Of a DNA stretch of 42,904 bases, positions 29,401 to 38,393 are shown in pieces. The notes under the pieces are model-generated. The model worked only from the letters and a program-made list of their open reading frames with translations, was not told the DNA's origin and made no database searches. Within the stretch, counting starts at the first letter, position 1. Every line of letters begins with the position of its first letter. Origin of the DNA: an uncultured Bacilli bacterium. Lineage in GTDB: Bacteria > Bacillota_I > Bacilli_A > RF39 > UBA660. The stretch is taken from assembly GCA_944363855.1 (NCBI GenBank), contig CALVVM010000080.1:1-42904 (forward strand). Reading direction: 5' to 3'. Position numbers and translations under genes: made by a program.

Positions 29401-29702
29401 ATGAAAATGTAATTATTTATATGTATGAAGAATTATTTGAAAAAGAAATAAGAACACTAAAAGTTAAAAGTGTTAATCAAACTAAAAACTTTGTTTCAAT
29501 AACACTTACAAAAGAATTAACAAAAAATATAGATGGAGAATTACTTTTTTTAGATGTAATATCATTAACTAGAAAGTTTAGATTTTCTATGAGAAATGAT
29601 GAACTTACAATAACTCTTGATACAGTAGGTTTAGATAAACATTTTATTTATTATTTAATAGATATGTTAAATATATTAAAAAAAGCTATAAAAGAAATGT
29701 AA
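26415..29702 (+). CDS. mfd: Transcription-repair coupling factor Mfd
   Basis: RID GDYVVH..HGIG, CGDVGYGKTEVA, DEEQRFG, SATPIPRT, QIRGRVGR. Confidence 0.98.
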   Translation: MSLFNNILNELDGDSVYGLTPELKGLYLYKKFKKENKSIVCVTSTIYEANKLYQILLNYTDKVSFFPMDDFLTSEALAISPEFKFTRLDTLNTLLEEKRVVITNLMGFLRFLPSPKDYRNSYSKIKLGDEIKIEELISNLYRIGYKRESLVNKTGEIAVRGFIIDIFPINYRNPIRIEFWGNEIDRISEFDIDTQISKDRLDEVLITPTTEFIIDKELEEEPKYRELIKYIKPVSILDYLDDCIIFYDDKKSIEKSFELLIEEINDYKNNNEISSNTRFMFDLEKSYKYEEIDFVSFDNKTNSKKSINYQSFELDNFIGGMDSISKRLNGYIKDGKTVIVCLSDRYKINRLESELVSSNVVVTSISDIIDNKINLVVRKINSGYIIGNYVVVSEKELFNKKESGVAYKSNFKMGSKIRDINKLNIGDYVVHVVHGIGIYRGIKTLTKNGLKKDYLTIEYKGEDKLYIPVEKLEFINKYSSNEGATPKINKLGGTEWTKTKLHIKKKIESMAGDLLKLYSEREMAIGYAFDKDTEEQIEFEKNFPYIETKDQLKVTEEIKKDMEKSIPMDRLLCGDVGYGKTEVAFRAIFKAIMSNKQVLFLCPTTILSQQHFQNAIERFKEFPVRIELLNRFISKKKQNEILKDLNDGKVDLLIGTHRILSEDVVCKRLGLLVIDEEQRFGVKHKEKIKSYKNNIDVLTLSATPIPRTLQMSLAGVRSLSLIETPPVDRYPIQTYVLEENKNVIKDAIYKELARNGQVFILYNDIQTMEEKKRSLEYLVPEARIICGHGKMKKEELEDVMYKFMNKEYDVLLCTTIIETGIDIPNVNTLIIINADRYGLSQLYQIRGRVGRSNKIAYSYLMYNKGKILSDVAKKRLNVIKEFTELGSGFSIAMRDLSIRGAGDILGSEQSGFIDTVGVELFLDMLNEEVSKLKGINIEKNESDTQPLIEVETTIDDKYAKEEDLKIEIHQKINKIDSIETLNKTKEELEDRFGVLDENVIIYMYEELFEKEIRTLKVKSVNQTKNFVSITLTKELTKNIDGELLFLDVISLTRKFRFSMRNDELTITLDTVGLDKHFIYYLIDMLNILKKAIKEM

Positions 29703-29739
29703 AGTAAGTAAAAAAATAATAATTTTTACTTGCTTTTTT
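29701..29739 (+). terminator. Terminator after mfd
   Basis: AAAGTAAGTAAAAA...TTTTTACTTGCTTT plus T-run. Confidence 0.6.
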
Positions 29740-29767
29740 TATATAGTTTATAATAAAATTATGTTGG

Positions 29768-29790
29768 ATAGTACAACGTATATGTACTAT
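29768..29790. promoter_or_regulatory. Inverted repeat, candidate operator
   Basis: ATAGTACA-N7-TGTACTAT immediately before the AAAGGAGGA RBS. Confidence 0.45.
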
Positions 29791-29801
29791 AAAAGGAGGA
29801 T

Positions 29802-30863
29802 ATGATGGAAAAAATAAAATTTGTCCAAATTGGATGTGGTAAAATGTCTATTTATACTATGAGATATGCTATTGAAAATGGATATGAAATAGTAGGTGCG
29901 GTAGATATTAATCCAGAAGTAATTGGTAAGGATGTAAGTAGTGTTATAGGATGTGATAAATTAGGAGTAACAATTAGAAATGTTAATGAATTAGATTCAT
30001 TATTAAAAGAAGTTAAACCTGATATTGCTATAGTTACTACTATGAGTTTAATGAGTGACTTAGAGAGTGTTTTAATGACTTGTGCTGAAAATGGAGTAAA
30101 TGCTATTACTACTTGTGAAGAAGCGTTTTATCCAGCAAACTCATCACCTAGAATTACTGAAGAATTAGATAGAGTAGCTAAAGAAACTAACTGTACTATT
30201 ACAGGTAGTGGATATCAAGATGCTTTCTGGGGTAATTTAATTACTACAATTGCTGGTGCTACTCATAATATTACAAAAATAAAAGGATCTTCTTCTTATA
30301 ATGTAGAAGATTATGGTATTGCTTTAGCTCAAGCACATGGTGCAGGACTTACTTTAGAAGACTTTGATAAAGAAGTTGCTAGTTCTGATAGAATGAGTGA
30401 AGAACAAAGATTAGAAATAATAGAAAAAGGAGAATTTGCTCCTAGTTATATGTGGAATACTAATGGATGGTTATGTGATAAATTAGGATTAACTCCTATA
30501 CATCAAACACAAAAATGTATTCCAATGACTCATACTAAAGATATATATTCTTCAACACTTAACATGACAGTTAAAGCAGGAGATGCAACAGGAATGAGTG
30601 CTGTTGTAACAACTGAAACAAAAGAAGGTATTGTAATAGAAAGTGAATGTATTGGTAAAGTATATGCTGATACCGATTGTGATAAAAATGAATGGACTGT
30701 TTATGGGGAACCTGATACAACATTCGTTGTAACTAGACCAAGTACTGTAGAACTTACTTGTGCTTCAATAGTAAATAGAATTCCTGATGTTATAAAAGCT
30801 GAATCTGGATTTATACCAACATCAAGAATGGGAGAATTAAAATATCAAAAAATAACTTTTTGA
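29802..30863 (+). CDS. NAD(P)-dependent dehydrogenase, 2,4-diaminopentanoate/amine dehydrogenase-like (DapB-N Rossmann fold)
   Basis: GCGKM nucleotide motif, VGAVD, NAITTCEEAFYP, AKETNCTITGSG. Confidence 0.65.
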   Translation: MMEKIKFVQIGCGKMSIYTMRYAIENGYEIVGAVDINPEVIGKDVSSVIGCDKLGVTIRNVNELDSLLKEVKPDIAIVTTMSLMSDLESVLMTCAENGVNAITTCEEAFYPANSSPRITEELDRVAKETNCTITGSGYQDAFWGNLITTIAGATHNITKIKGSSSYNVEDYGIALAQAHGAGLTLEDFDKEVASSDRMSEEQRLEIIEKGEFAPSYMWNTNGWLCDKLGLTPIHQTQKCIPMTHTKDIYSSTLNMTVKAGDATGMSAVVTTETKEGIVIESECIGKVYADTDCDKNEWTVYGEPDTTFVVTRPSTVELTCASIVNRIPDVIKAESGFIPTSRMGELKYQKITF

Positions 30864-30874
30864 TAATGTTTAAG

Positions 30875-30908
30875 ACTATTAACAAATAAATTTTGTTAAT
30901 AGTTTTTT
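30875..30908 (+). terminator. Intrinsic terminator
   Basis: ACTATTAACAAA-N5-TTTGTTAATAGT plus T-run. Confidence 0.7.
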
Positions 30909-30943
30909 GTATAATAATTTTATAAAATTCCCCTTAAAAAATA

Positions 30944-30971
30944 TTGACAGCGTGGGGGGTAATGCTATAAT
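30944..30971 (+). promoter_or_regulatory. Sigma-A promoter with a G6 tract in a 16 bp spacer
   Basis: TTGACA-GCGTGGGGGGTAATGC-TATAAT. Confidence 0.75.
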
Positions 30972-31022
30972 AAAATAGATAGATAAGATATGTCATCTAT
31001 AGTAGAAAGAAGGAAGATATAA

Positions 31023-31824
31023 ATGAAAAAAAAGGATTTACGCTAATAGAACTATTAGCCGTAATAGTAATACTAGCAATCATAGCATTAATAGCAACCC
31101 CAATAATACTAAACATAATAAGTGATTCAAGAGAAGAATCAAATAAAAGAAGTGTAGAATTATATGCTAGTTCAGTAGAACAAGCAATAGCAAAATATCA
31201 ATTAAATAATAATGAAAGTATTTCAGGAACATTTACAACAACAGATGGAAAAATATTAACAAAACAAAATGATTCAACAAAAACGATGAATATAGAATAT
31301 GATGGAAATGTAGTATGCGTAAAATAGAAATATATACAGATGGTAATATATATTTGGGAGATTGTACAGTAAATGGTGGAGATAAAAAATATTCACATGG
31401 CGAATTAATAGCAGGAGCATTCGATGACAATAACAATTTAATAGCAGATTGAGATACATTAGTAAATATATATGGACTAGATGTCGAAAATGGTTCAAAT
31501 TCAGAAGTACTTAGAAATGAAGCGTTAAAAAATGTTACAAAATTAGTAATATCAGATAGTGTAACAAGCATTGGTACGGCTGCATTTGAAGATTGTACAA
31601 GTTTAACAAGTGTAACAATCCCAGATAGTGTAACATATATAGGTTTTTATGCATTTGGTGGAACAGGTTTAACAAGTGCAACGTTTAATAATCCTAATGG
31701 TTGGGAAGCATCTGATGCATTTAATGTGGATTCAGAAGCGGTAGACTTAGATCTTTCAGATCCAACTACTAATGCAACATATTTTAAAGATACATATAGT
31801 TTTTATAATTGGAAAAGAAGTTAA
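31023..31824 (+). pseudogene. Type IV pilin-like protein with BspA-type leucine-rich repeats, disrupted (not in the ORF track)
   Basis: ATG-A8-GFTLIELLAVIVILAIIALIATP (class III signal, out of frame with the ATG); second frameshift near 31319; in-frame TGA at 31450; LRR SVTSIGTAAFEDCTSLTSVTIPDSVTYIG. Confidence 0.85.
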
Positions 31825-31826
31825 TG

Positions 31827-31857
31827 AAAAATGGCTGAATAATCAGTCATTTTTTTT
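31827..31857. terminator. Bidirectional terminator between the pilin pseudogene and clpB
   Basis: A-run ATGGCTGA-ATAA-TCAGTCAT T-run. Confidence 0.65.
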
Positions 31858-33963
31858 AATAATAAATTTATCATTATCAATATCTATTGTAATAGTTTGA
31901 CCAAAAGAAATATTATCTTCTATGATATTGTTTGCTAGTAAAGATTCAATATTTTTACTTACAAATCTCTTCATAGGTCTAGCTCCATACTTTTCATCGT
32001 ATGAATTATCAATAATATATTTTTTAGCCTCATCAGTTAGATTAATACTAATATGCATATTAGAAAGTCTACTTTCAATATTTTTTATAATATTATCAAG
32101 TATATCGTATAAAACATTTTTGCTTAATGGATTAAATACTATAATTTCGTCAATTCTGTTTATAAATTCAGGTTTAAAGGTATGTCTTAATTCTTCCATA
32201 ACTAAAGTTTCAGAGTTTTCAACATTATCAAGAATATATTCACTACCTAAATTAGATGTCATAATAATTATTGTGTTTTTAAAGTCAACTGTTCTACCTT
32301 GTGAGTCAGTAATTCTACCATCATCTAATATTTGAAGTAATATATTAAACACATCTTTATGTGCCTTTTCTATTTCATCAAATAAAACTATACTATATGG
32401 ATTTCTTCTAACTGCTTCAGTTAGTTGTCCACCCTCATCATAACCTACATATCCAGGAGGAGCACCAACTAATCTAGATACAGAATGAGATTCCATATAT
32501 TCACTCATATCAATTCTAACTATGTGTTTTTCATCGTCAAATAATTCACTAGCTAAAGTTCTAGCTACTTCAGTTTTACCAACTCCAGTAGGACCTAGAA
32601 ATATAAATGAACCAATAGGTCTATTAGGATCTTTTATACCAGCTCTAGCTCTTTTAATAGCTTCACTAACGAGTTCAAGAGCTTTATCTTGTCCTTTTAC
32701 TCTTTTACCCATATTTTCTTTTAAACTAAGTAATTTCTCTTTTTCACCTCCAACAAGCTTACTTACTGGAATATTAGTCCATTTAGAAACAATACTAGCA
32801 ATTGATTCATCATCAACACTATCACTTAATATTTCATTTTTATTCTTATTATTTAATTCATCTAATTCCTTTTGTAATTTAGGAAGAGTTCCATGTCTTA
32901 ATATTGCAGCTTTTTCATAATCATAGCTATCTTCTGCTTTTTCTAATTCGAAAGTTGCTTTTTCAATTTCTTCTTTCTTTTTACTTATTTTAGTATTAAT
33001 ATTTTTTTCATCTTCCCAGTCATTTCTTAATTTTTTCTCTTTTTCTTTTAAATTATCTAATTTTTCATCAATTTCACTAATTCTATTTTTAGATATTTCA
33101 TCTTTTTCTTTTTTCAAAGCTTCTTTTTCTATTTGAAGTTGCATTATTTCTCTAGTTAATGTATCAAGTTCTACTGGAACTGATTCCATTTGTACTTTAA
33201 TAGTAGCGCATGCTTCATCAATTAAATCTATAGCTTTATCTGGTAAAAATCTATCTGTTATATATCTATCAGAGAGTGTTGCAGCAGCAACAAGAGCTTT
33301 ATCTTTAATATTAACTCCGTGATAGACTTCAAATCTAGATTTTAATCCTCTTAAAATAGTTATTGTGTCTAAAACAGTTGGAGCTTGAACTAATACTTTT
33401 TGAAATCTTCTTTCTAAAGCACCATCTTTTTCAATATATTTTCTATATTCATTTAATGTTGTAGCTCCTATACAAAGTATTTCACCACGAGCAAGCATTG
33501 GTTTAAGTAAGTTTCCAGCATCCATAGCTCCTTCTAATGCGCCAGCACCTACTATTAGATGGATTTCATCTATAAAAAGTATTATTTTTCCATCAGACTC
33601 TTTTATTTCTTTTAATACTGCTTTAAGTCTTTCTTCAAATTCACCTCTATATTTAGCACCCGCAATAAGTGCGCCCATATCAAGTTCCCAAATTGTTTTA
33701 TCTTTTAAACTATTTGGAACATCTCCTTTGACTATACGATTAGCTAGTCCCTCAACTATTGCAGTCTTACCAACACCAGGCTCACCAATAAGTACGGGAT
33801 TATTTTTAGTTTTCCTTGATAAAATTCTTGTGATGTTTCGTATTTCTTCATCTCTACCAATTACTGGATCTATTTTACCTTCTTTAGCAGCAGCAACAAT
33901 GTCTCTACCATATTTTTCTAACACATTTTCTAATGATTCTCCAAAAGGATTATTATTATTCAT
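31843..33963 (-). CDS. clpB: Chaperone ClpB lacking the N-terminal domain (~706 aa)
   Basis: Two AAA+ modules ([16 protein letters not shown]), long coiled-coil M-domain, GYVGYDEGG; start after GAGGTG RBS. Confidence 0.93.
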   Translation of the reverse strand: MNNNNPFGESLENVLEKYGRDIVAAAKEGKIDPVIGRDEEIRNITRILSRKTKNNPVLIGEPGVGKTAIVEGLANRIVKGDVPNSLKDKTIWELDMGALIAGAKYRGEFEERLKAVLKEIKESDGKIILFIDEIHLIVGAGALEGAMDAGNLLKPMLARGEILCIGATTLNEYRKYIEKDGALERRFQKVLVQAPTVLDTITILRGLKSRFEVYHGVNIKDKALVAAATLSDRYITDRFLPDKAIDLIDEACATIKVQMESVPVELDTLTREIMQLQIEKEALKKEKDEISKNRISEIDEKLDNLKEKEKKLRNDWEDEKNINTKISKKKEEIEKATFELEKAEDSYDYEKAAILRHGTLPKLQKELDELNNKNKNEILSDSVDDESIASIVSKWTNIPVSKLVGGEKEKLLSLKENMGKRVKGQDKALELVSEAIKRARAGIKDPNRPIGSFIFLGPTGVGKTEVARTLASELFDDEKHIVRIDMSEYMESHSVSRLVGAPPGYVGYDEGGQLTEAVRRNPYSIVLFDEIEKAHKDVFNILLQILDDGRITDSQGRTVDFKNTIIIMTSNLGSEYILDNVENSETLVMEELRHTFKPEFINRIDEIIVFNPLSKNVLYDILDNIIKNIESRLSNMHISINLTDEAKKYIIDNSYDEKYGARPMKRFVSKNIESLLANNIIEDNISFGQTITIDIDNDKFIIKKND

Positions 33964-33982
33964 TTTCATCACCTCATATAAC

Positions 33983-34024
33983 ATTGTACTCATTTTTTTA
34001 GCACTTGTCAAGTTAGAGTGCCAA
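33983..34024 (-). promoter_or_regulatory. CIRCE (HrcA operator) overlapping the clpB promoter
   Basis: TTAGCACTT-N9-GAGTGCCAA at 33998-34024; TTGACA(34011-34006)-17-TACAAT(33988-33983). Confidence 0.9.
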
Positions 34025-34043
34025 AAAAATAAGATGTAATTTT

Positions 34044-35441
34044 TTACATCTTTTTTATAAAATTATTTTCAGGTAAATCCCCAATTTCATTTTTTAGAGC
34101 TTTTAAAAATCTCATTCTTAATAAATCTTCTTCTACAGAATTTGCTTTAGCTTCTTTTAAATCTTCATCAAGAGTTGGTTCTTCATAAAGATTTAAAGCT
34201 TTTAATAGTCTGATTTCACTTGTTTCTTTAAAATATCGATTGCAAACATTATCAATTATTTCTTCAGTAGGTTCATAATCAATGATACCATTTATATATT
34301 CAATTTTTCTAATTTTATATAAAGCATTTTTAAACGCACTTTCTTTAATTGTTTTGCTGTATAATTTAAAAACTAATTTTATTTTTTCTTTAAGCACTTC
34401 ATTATCAACATTTAATAAATTCATAAAATTTGTTTCAGTTAAATTTTTGTTAAATGTTTTTTCTAAACTATTCAAATCCATTAAAAAATTTATAGATTTA
34501 TAATAATTATTTTTATCTAATTCATCTATTGTTTCTTCACAACTTTTTTCTAATACAGAAAATTTTAATTGAGATGATACATTTTCTGTTGGATTAACGT
34601 ATTTAAAATATCTAAATGGTTTTAAGAAAAATCTATAATTATCTAAATATTCATCACTTTTTTTAGAGTCCCAAGTGGCATCTAAGAAAAAAACACCATT
34701 AATATTATATTTCTCATCAATCAAATGTATATAATTTCTTTCATGACCTGATTTTTTATTTTTATATTGTAAAGTGATTATATTAGAATCAATATCTAAA
34801 TTTATTAATAGGTAATCTAATAAATTAGCAAACCCAACACATACAATTTTATTACTATTTAAAATTTGGTTTAAATTCCTAGATATATTATAACTATCTT
34901 TTCTTTTTTCTTGTCTATATTTATTAGATTTTACTATGTCATATACTAACATAACTCTTTCTAGTGGACTTAAATTATAATGTTTTACAAACTCAATTAT
35001 TTCATTTAGTTTATTATACATTTCTTTAAATTCTTTATGAGTTAATATATCTGTACTATTTTTAAATCTTATTTTTAAATTTTTATAATCTTCATTTTTT
35101 GTGTTACTGATAAAATCTTTAAAATTATTTATTTGTATTTCAATATTTTGATTTTCAAATATTTTTAAAAATTTATATAAATTTTCATTACTATCCTGAG
35201 TTAATTGAAAATTTAAAAATTCAATATTTTTAATATCTAAAAAATCTTTATGTTTAACTATAAAAGTTTTTAATTTATCATTTAATTCATTAAAATTTAA
35301 AGAATTAATATTACACTCATAGAATGATTCGTTTTCAATTTTACTATAAATTTCAATATCTTTTTCCATAAATTCAGAAGGTAAAAATAATTGAAAAGAC
35401 AAATTGTTGTTATTAAATTCTACATAAATATCTAAATTCAT
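34044..35441 (-). CDS. Hypothetical protein with a transglutaminase-like Cys-His-Asp core
   Basis: [10 protein letters not shown]...GHERN...FLDATWD; no signal peptide evident. Confidence 0.65.
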   Translation of the reverse strand: MNLDIYVEFNNNNLSFQLFLPSEFMEKDIEIYSKIENESFYECNINSLNFNELNDKLKTFIVKHKDFLDIKNIEFLNFQLTQDSNENLYKFLKIFENQNIEIQINNFKDFISNTKNEDYKNLKIRFKNSTDILTHKEFKEMYNKLNEIIEFVKHYNLSPLERVMLVYDIVKSNKYRQEKRKDSYNISRNLNQILNSNKIVCVGFANLLDYLLINLDIDSNIITLQYKNKKSGHERNYIHLIDEKYNINGVFFLDATWDSKKSDEYLDNYRFFLKPFRYFKYVNPTENVSSQLKFSVLEKSCEETIDELDKNNYYKSINFLMDLNSLEKTFNKNLTETNFMNLLNVDNEVLKEKIKLVFKLYSKTIKESAFKNALYKIRKIEYINGIIDYEPTEEIIDNVCNRYFKETSEIRLLKALNLYEEPTLDEDLKEAKANSVEEDLLRMRFLKALKNEIGDLPENNFIKKM

Positions 35442-35473
35442 ACTATCACCAAGACAATTATACCACTTTTTTA

Positions 35474-35502
35474 GAATAAATAAAATTATTTAATACAAAA
35501 TA
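35474..35502 (+). promoter_or_regulatory. Sigma-G-like promoter of spoVT
   Basis: GAATA-17-CAAAATA; B. subtilis spoVT is sigma-G dependent. Confidence 0.4.
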
Positions 35503-35518
35503 AATTTAGGAGGATTTT

Positions 35519-36049
35519 ATGAAAGCAACAGGAATAATAAGAAGAATAGATGATTTAGGAAGAGTAGTAATACCAAAAGAAATAAGAAAGAACCTAAGAA
35601 TTAAAGAAGGAGATAATTTAGAAATATTTGTAGTAAACGAAGATATAATATTAAAAAAATATTCTATGATGAATAAAATAAATGATTTAGCTCAAGAGCT
35701 TACAGATGCAATATATACATTTATGAAGCACAGTATATTTATAACTGATACAGATCAGGTAGTAGCCGCAAGTGGTCCTTTAAAGAAAAAATATTTAAAT
35801 AAAAATATAAGTGATTTTATAACAGAATCTATAAAAAGAAGAGATAAAATATTAGAAAATCATTTTAAAGAGTTAAACTTTATTGAAGATGAAAAACTTA
35901 CTTGTAGTTATGTTTTATCAACTATACTTGTTAATGGTGAAGCAACAGGTATGATACTTATAATAAGTGAAGAAGAAAAAATGAGTGAATCAGAGATGCA
36001 GATGGCTGGAATAGTTTCATCTTTTATGACAAAATATCTTGAACAATAA
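35519..36049 (+). CDS. spoVT: Stage V sporulation protein T (AbrB-like + GAF)
   Basis: MKATGIIRRIDDLGRVVIPKEIR, LKKYS, ITDTD; 176 aa. Confidence 0.92.
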   Translation: MKATGIIRRIDDLGRVVIPKEIRKNLRIKEGDNLEIFVVNEDIILKKYSMMNKINDLAQELTDAIYTFMKHSIFITDTDQVVAASGPLKKKYLNKNISDFITESIKRRDKILENHFKELNFIEDEKLTCSYVLSTILVNGEATGMILIISEEEKMSESEMQMAGIVSSFMTKYLEQ

Positions 36050-36083
36050 TGGAAAATGTGCTATAATCTAACTCAAGAAATCA

Positions 36084-36287
36084 AATGCAGTGAAGGAAAG
36101 AAGGATACAGGAGTATTTTTTAGAGAACTTGATTAGGTGAAAGCAAGTAATACAAAGTATCTCGAATGGGTCTGGAGCATATTTAAATAATACGGTAACA
36201 ACGTTATAGTTTTAAGGTGTATTTATACACGAATTAAGGTGGTACCACGTAAACTCACGTCCTTATACTAGGATGTGAGATTTTTTT
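36084..36287 (+). ncRNA. Met-specific T-box riboswitch
   Basis: K-turn GCAGUGA/GAGC, AGAGA bulge, GGUGAAAG loop, specifier AUG 36166-68, T-box AAGGUGGUACCACG 36236-49, terminator 36254-87; promoter TTGAAC-17-TATAAT 36039-67. Confidence 0.9.
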
Positions 36288-36301
36288 ATAGAGGTGATAT
36301 T

Positions 36302-36778
36302 GTGAGAAAGTTTGAAAAGATTAGTTTTGAACAATTCAAAAAAGACATAAAAGATGATAAAGAATTATATGAATCATATAGTTTACCAAAAAGATGTACT
36401 AAAGCTTCTGCTGGTTATGATTTCTTCGCACTTTATGATTATACACTAAAACCAGGAGAAATTATGAAAGTACCAACTGGGATAAAGGCTAGTATGGAAA
36501 GTGATGAAGTATTGTTTCTTATAGATAGGAGCAGTATGGGATTTAAGTACAATGTACGAATGTGTAACCAAGTTGGTGTTATTGATCAAGATTACTATAA
36601 CAATCCAAATAATGAAGGTCATATGTGGATTAGAATACAAAATGAAGGAGATAAGGATTATATAGTAAAAAAAGGGGAAGGAATGATTCAAGGTATATTT
36701 ATGAAATACCTTAAAACAGATGATGATATAGAATCAGAAAATGAGAGAAATGGTGGATTTGGATCCACAACTAAATAG
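36302..36778 (+). CDS. dut: Trimeric dUTPase
   Basis: SAGYDF, PTG, RSSMG, GVIDQDYY, QGIF, RNGGFGST; GTG start after GAGGTG. Confidence 0.93.
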   Translation: MRKFEKISFEQFKKDIKDDKELYESYSLPKRCTKASAGYDFFALYDYTLKPGEIMKVPTGIKASMESDEVLFLIDRSSMGFKYNVRMCNQVGVIDQDYYNNPNNEGHMWIRIQNEGDKDYIVKKGEGMIQGIFMKYLKTDDDIESENERNGGFGSTTK

Positions 36779-36791
36779 AAAGAGGGATATT

Positions 36792-38321
36792 ATGGAAAAA
36801 TATTATATATCAACTGCTATTGCTTATACATCAGGTAAACCTCATATAGGAAATACTTATGAGATAATACTTGCAGATGCAATCGCTAGATTTAAAAGAT
36901 TACAAGGTTATGATGTTTATTTTCAAACAGGAACAGATGAACATGGAGAAAAAATAGAATTAAAAGCTAAAGATCAAGGAAAAACTCCAAAAGAGTTTGT
37001 AGATGAAGTAGCTAGTGAAATTAAAAGAATATGGGATACAATGAATACTAGTTATGATAGATTTGTAAGAACTACAGATGAGATACATGAAAAACAAGTT
37101 CAAAAGATATTTAAAAAAATGTATGATAAAGGAGATATCTATTTAGATGAATATAAAGGATTATACTGTACTCCTTGTGAATCTTTCTGGACTGAATCCC
37201 AACTTGTAGATGGTAAATGTCCAGACTGTGGTAGAGAAGTTAGTGAAAAAAGTGAACAAGCATACTTCTTTAGATTATCTAAATATCAAGATAGATTAGA
37301 AAAATTCTTAACTGAGAATCCTAACTTTTTACAACCAGATTCAAGAAGAAATGAAATGTTAAATAACTTTATTAAACCTGGATTACAAGATTTATGTGTA
37401 TCAAGAACTAGTTTTGATTGGGGAATCCCTGTAGATTTTGATCCAAAACATGTTGTTTATGTTTGGTTAGATGCACTTACAAACTATATTACTAATATTG
37501 GTTACGATGTAGATAATCCAAGTGAAGAATTTAAAAAATATTGGCCAGCTGATTTACACTTAATAGGTAAAGATATCGTTAGATTTCATAGTATTTATTG
37601 GCCAGCATTCCTATGGAGTTTAGATATAGAATTACCTAAACAAATTTTTGGACACCCATGGCTACTCACTAACAATGATAAAATAGGTAAGAGTAGAGGG
37701 AATGCTATATACGCAGATGACTTAGCTGAACAATATGGTGTAGATGCTGTAAGATATTACGTACTACACGAAATACCTTTTGCTAACGATGGTAATTTAA
37801 CTTATGAATTGTTAGAAGAAAGATATAATTCAGATTTAGCTAACATTCTAGGAAATCTTGTTAATAGAACAATATCAATGAATAAAAAATACTTTGATAA
37901 TATTGTTTCTAATAGTGATGTTACTGATACTGTTGATGAAGATTTAATAAATACAGTAATGGGTGCTAAAGGTAAAGTAGAAAAATGTATGGATGATTTA
38001 AGAGTAGCTGATGCTATAGATGAAGTATTTAATATATTTAAAAGATGTAATAAATATATAGATGAAACTACTCCATGGATACTTGCTAAAGAAGAAAATA
38101 AAGATAGATTAAAGAAAGTAATCTATAACTTACTTGAATCAATTAGAATAGGTGCAGTACTACTACACAGTTTCTTACCAACTACTTCAGAAGAAATATT
38201 TAGACAATTAAACACTACTGAAACTAGTTATGATTCAATAAATGAATTTGGCAAATTAAAAGTTGGAGATACTTTAAATGATCCAAAACCATTATTTATA
38301 AGAATAGAGAAAGAAAAATAA
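36792..38321 (+). CDS. metG: Methionyl-tRNA synthetase, short form without the C-terminal tRNA-binding domain
   Basis: HIGN, TGTDEHG, CxxC..CPDC, YVWLDAL, GKDIVRFH, KIGKS. Confidence 0.97.
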   Translation: MEKYYISTAIAYTSGKPHIGNTYEIILADAIARFKRLQGYDVYFQTGTDEHGEKIELKAKDQGKTPKEFVDEVASEIKRIWDTMNTSYDRFVRTTDEIHEKQVQKIFKKMYDKGDIYLDEYKGLYCTPCESFWTESQLVDGKCPDCGREVSEKSEQAYFFRLSKYQDRLEKFLTENPNFLQPDSRRNEMLNNFIKPGLQDLCVSRTSFDWGIPVDFDPKHVVYVWLDALTNYITNIGYDVDNPSEEFKKYWPADLHLIGKDIVRFHSIYWPAFLWSLDIELPKQIFGHPWLLTNNDKIGKSRGNAIYADDLAEQYGVDAVRYYVLHEIPFANDGNLTYELLEERYNSDLANILGNLVNRTISMNKKYFDNIVSNSDVTDTVDEDLINTVMGAKGKVEKCMDDLRVADAIDEVFNIFKRCNKYIDETTPWILAKEENKDRLKKVIYNLLESIRIGAVLLHSFLPTTSEEIFRQLNTTETSYDSINEFGKLKVGDTLNDPKPLFIRIEKEK

Positions 38322-38346
38322 TTTTTTCTTTTTTTATAAAAAAATC

Positions 38347-38377
38347 TTGCATATTATAACCTAATAGGTTATAATAT
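38347..38377 (+). promoter_or_regulatory. Toxin-antitoxin promoter with a palindromic operator
   Basis: TTGCAT-17-TATAAT overlapped by ATATTATAACCTA-A-TAGGTTATAATAT (38351-38377). Confidence 0.75.
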
Positions 38378-38393
38378 CTTAAAAGGAGAGAGT

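Noticed and set aside
31450-31452. In-frame TGA at a probable Trp, suggesting genetic code 4
   Set aside because: Intact genes use TGG for Trp, and TGA ends rsmI, pth, bofA and clpB at expected positions; the gene has two other lesions
31233-31571. Minus-strand ORFs of 112 and 74 aa
   Set aside because: Antisense to the pilin-LRR pseudogene, which explains the region
13558-33040. Numerous short antisense ORFs within recF, gyrB, gyrA, dnaX, mfd, clpB and others
   Set aside because: They overlap conserved genes on the opposite strand, with no RBS or motifs
29802-35441. Accessory block as a mobile element or DGR
   Set aside because: No integrase, transposase, reverse transcriptase, att repeats or template/variable repeat pair visible
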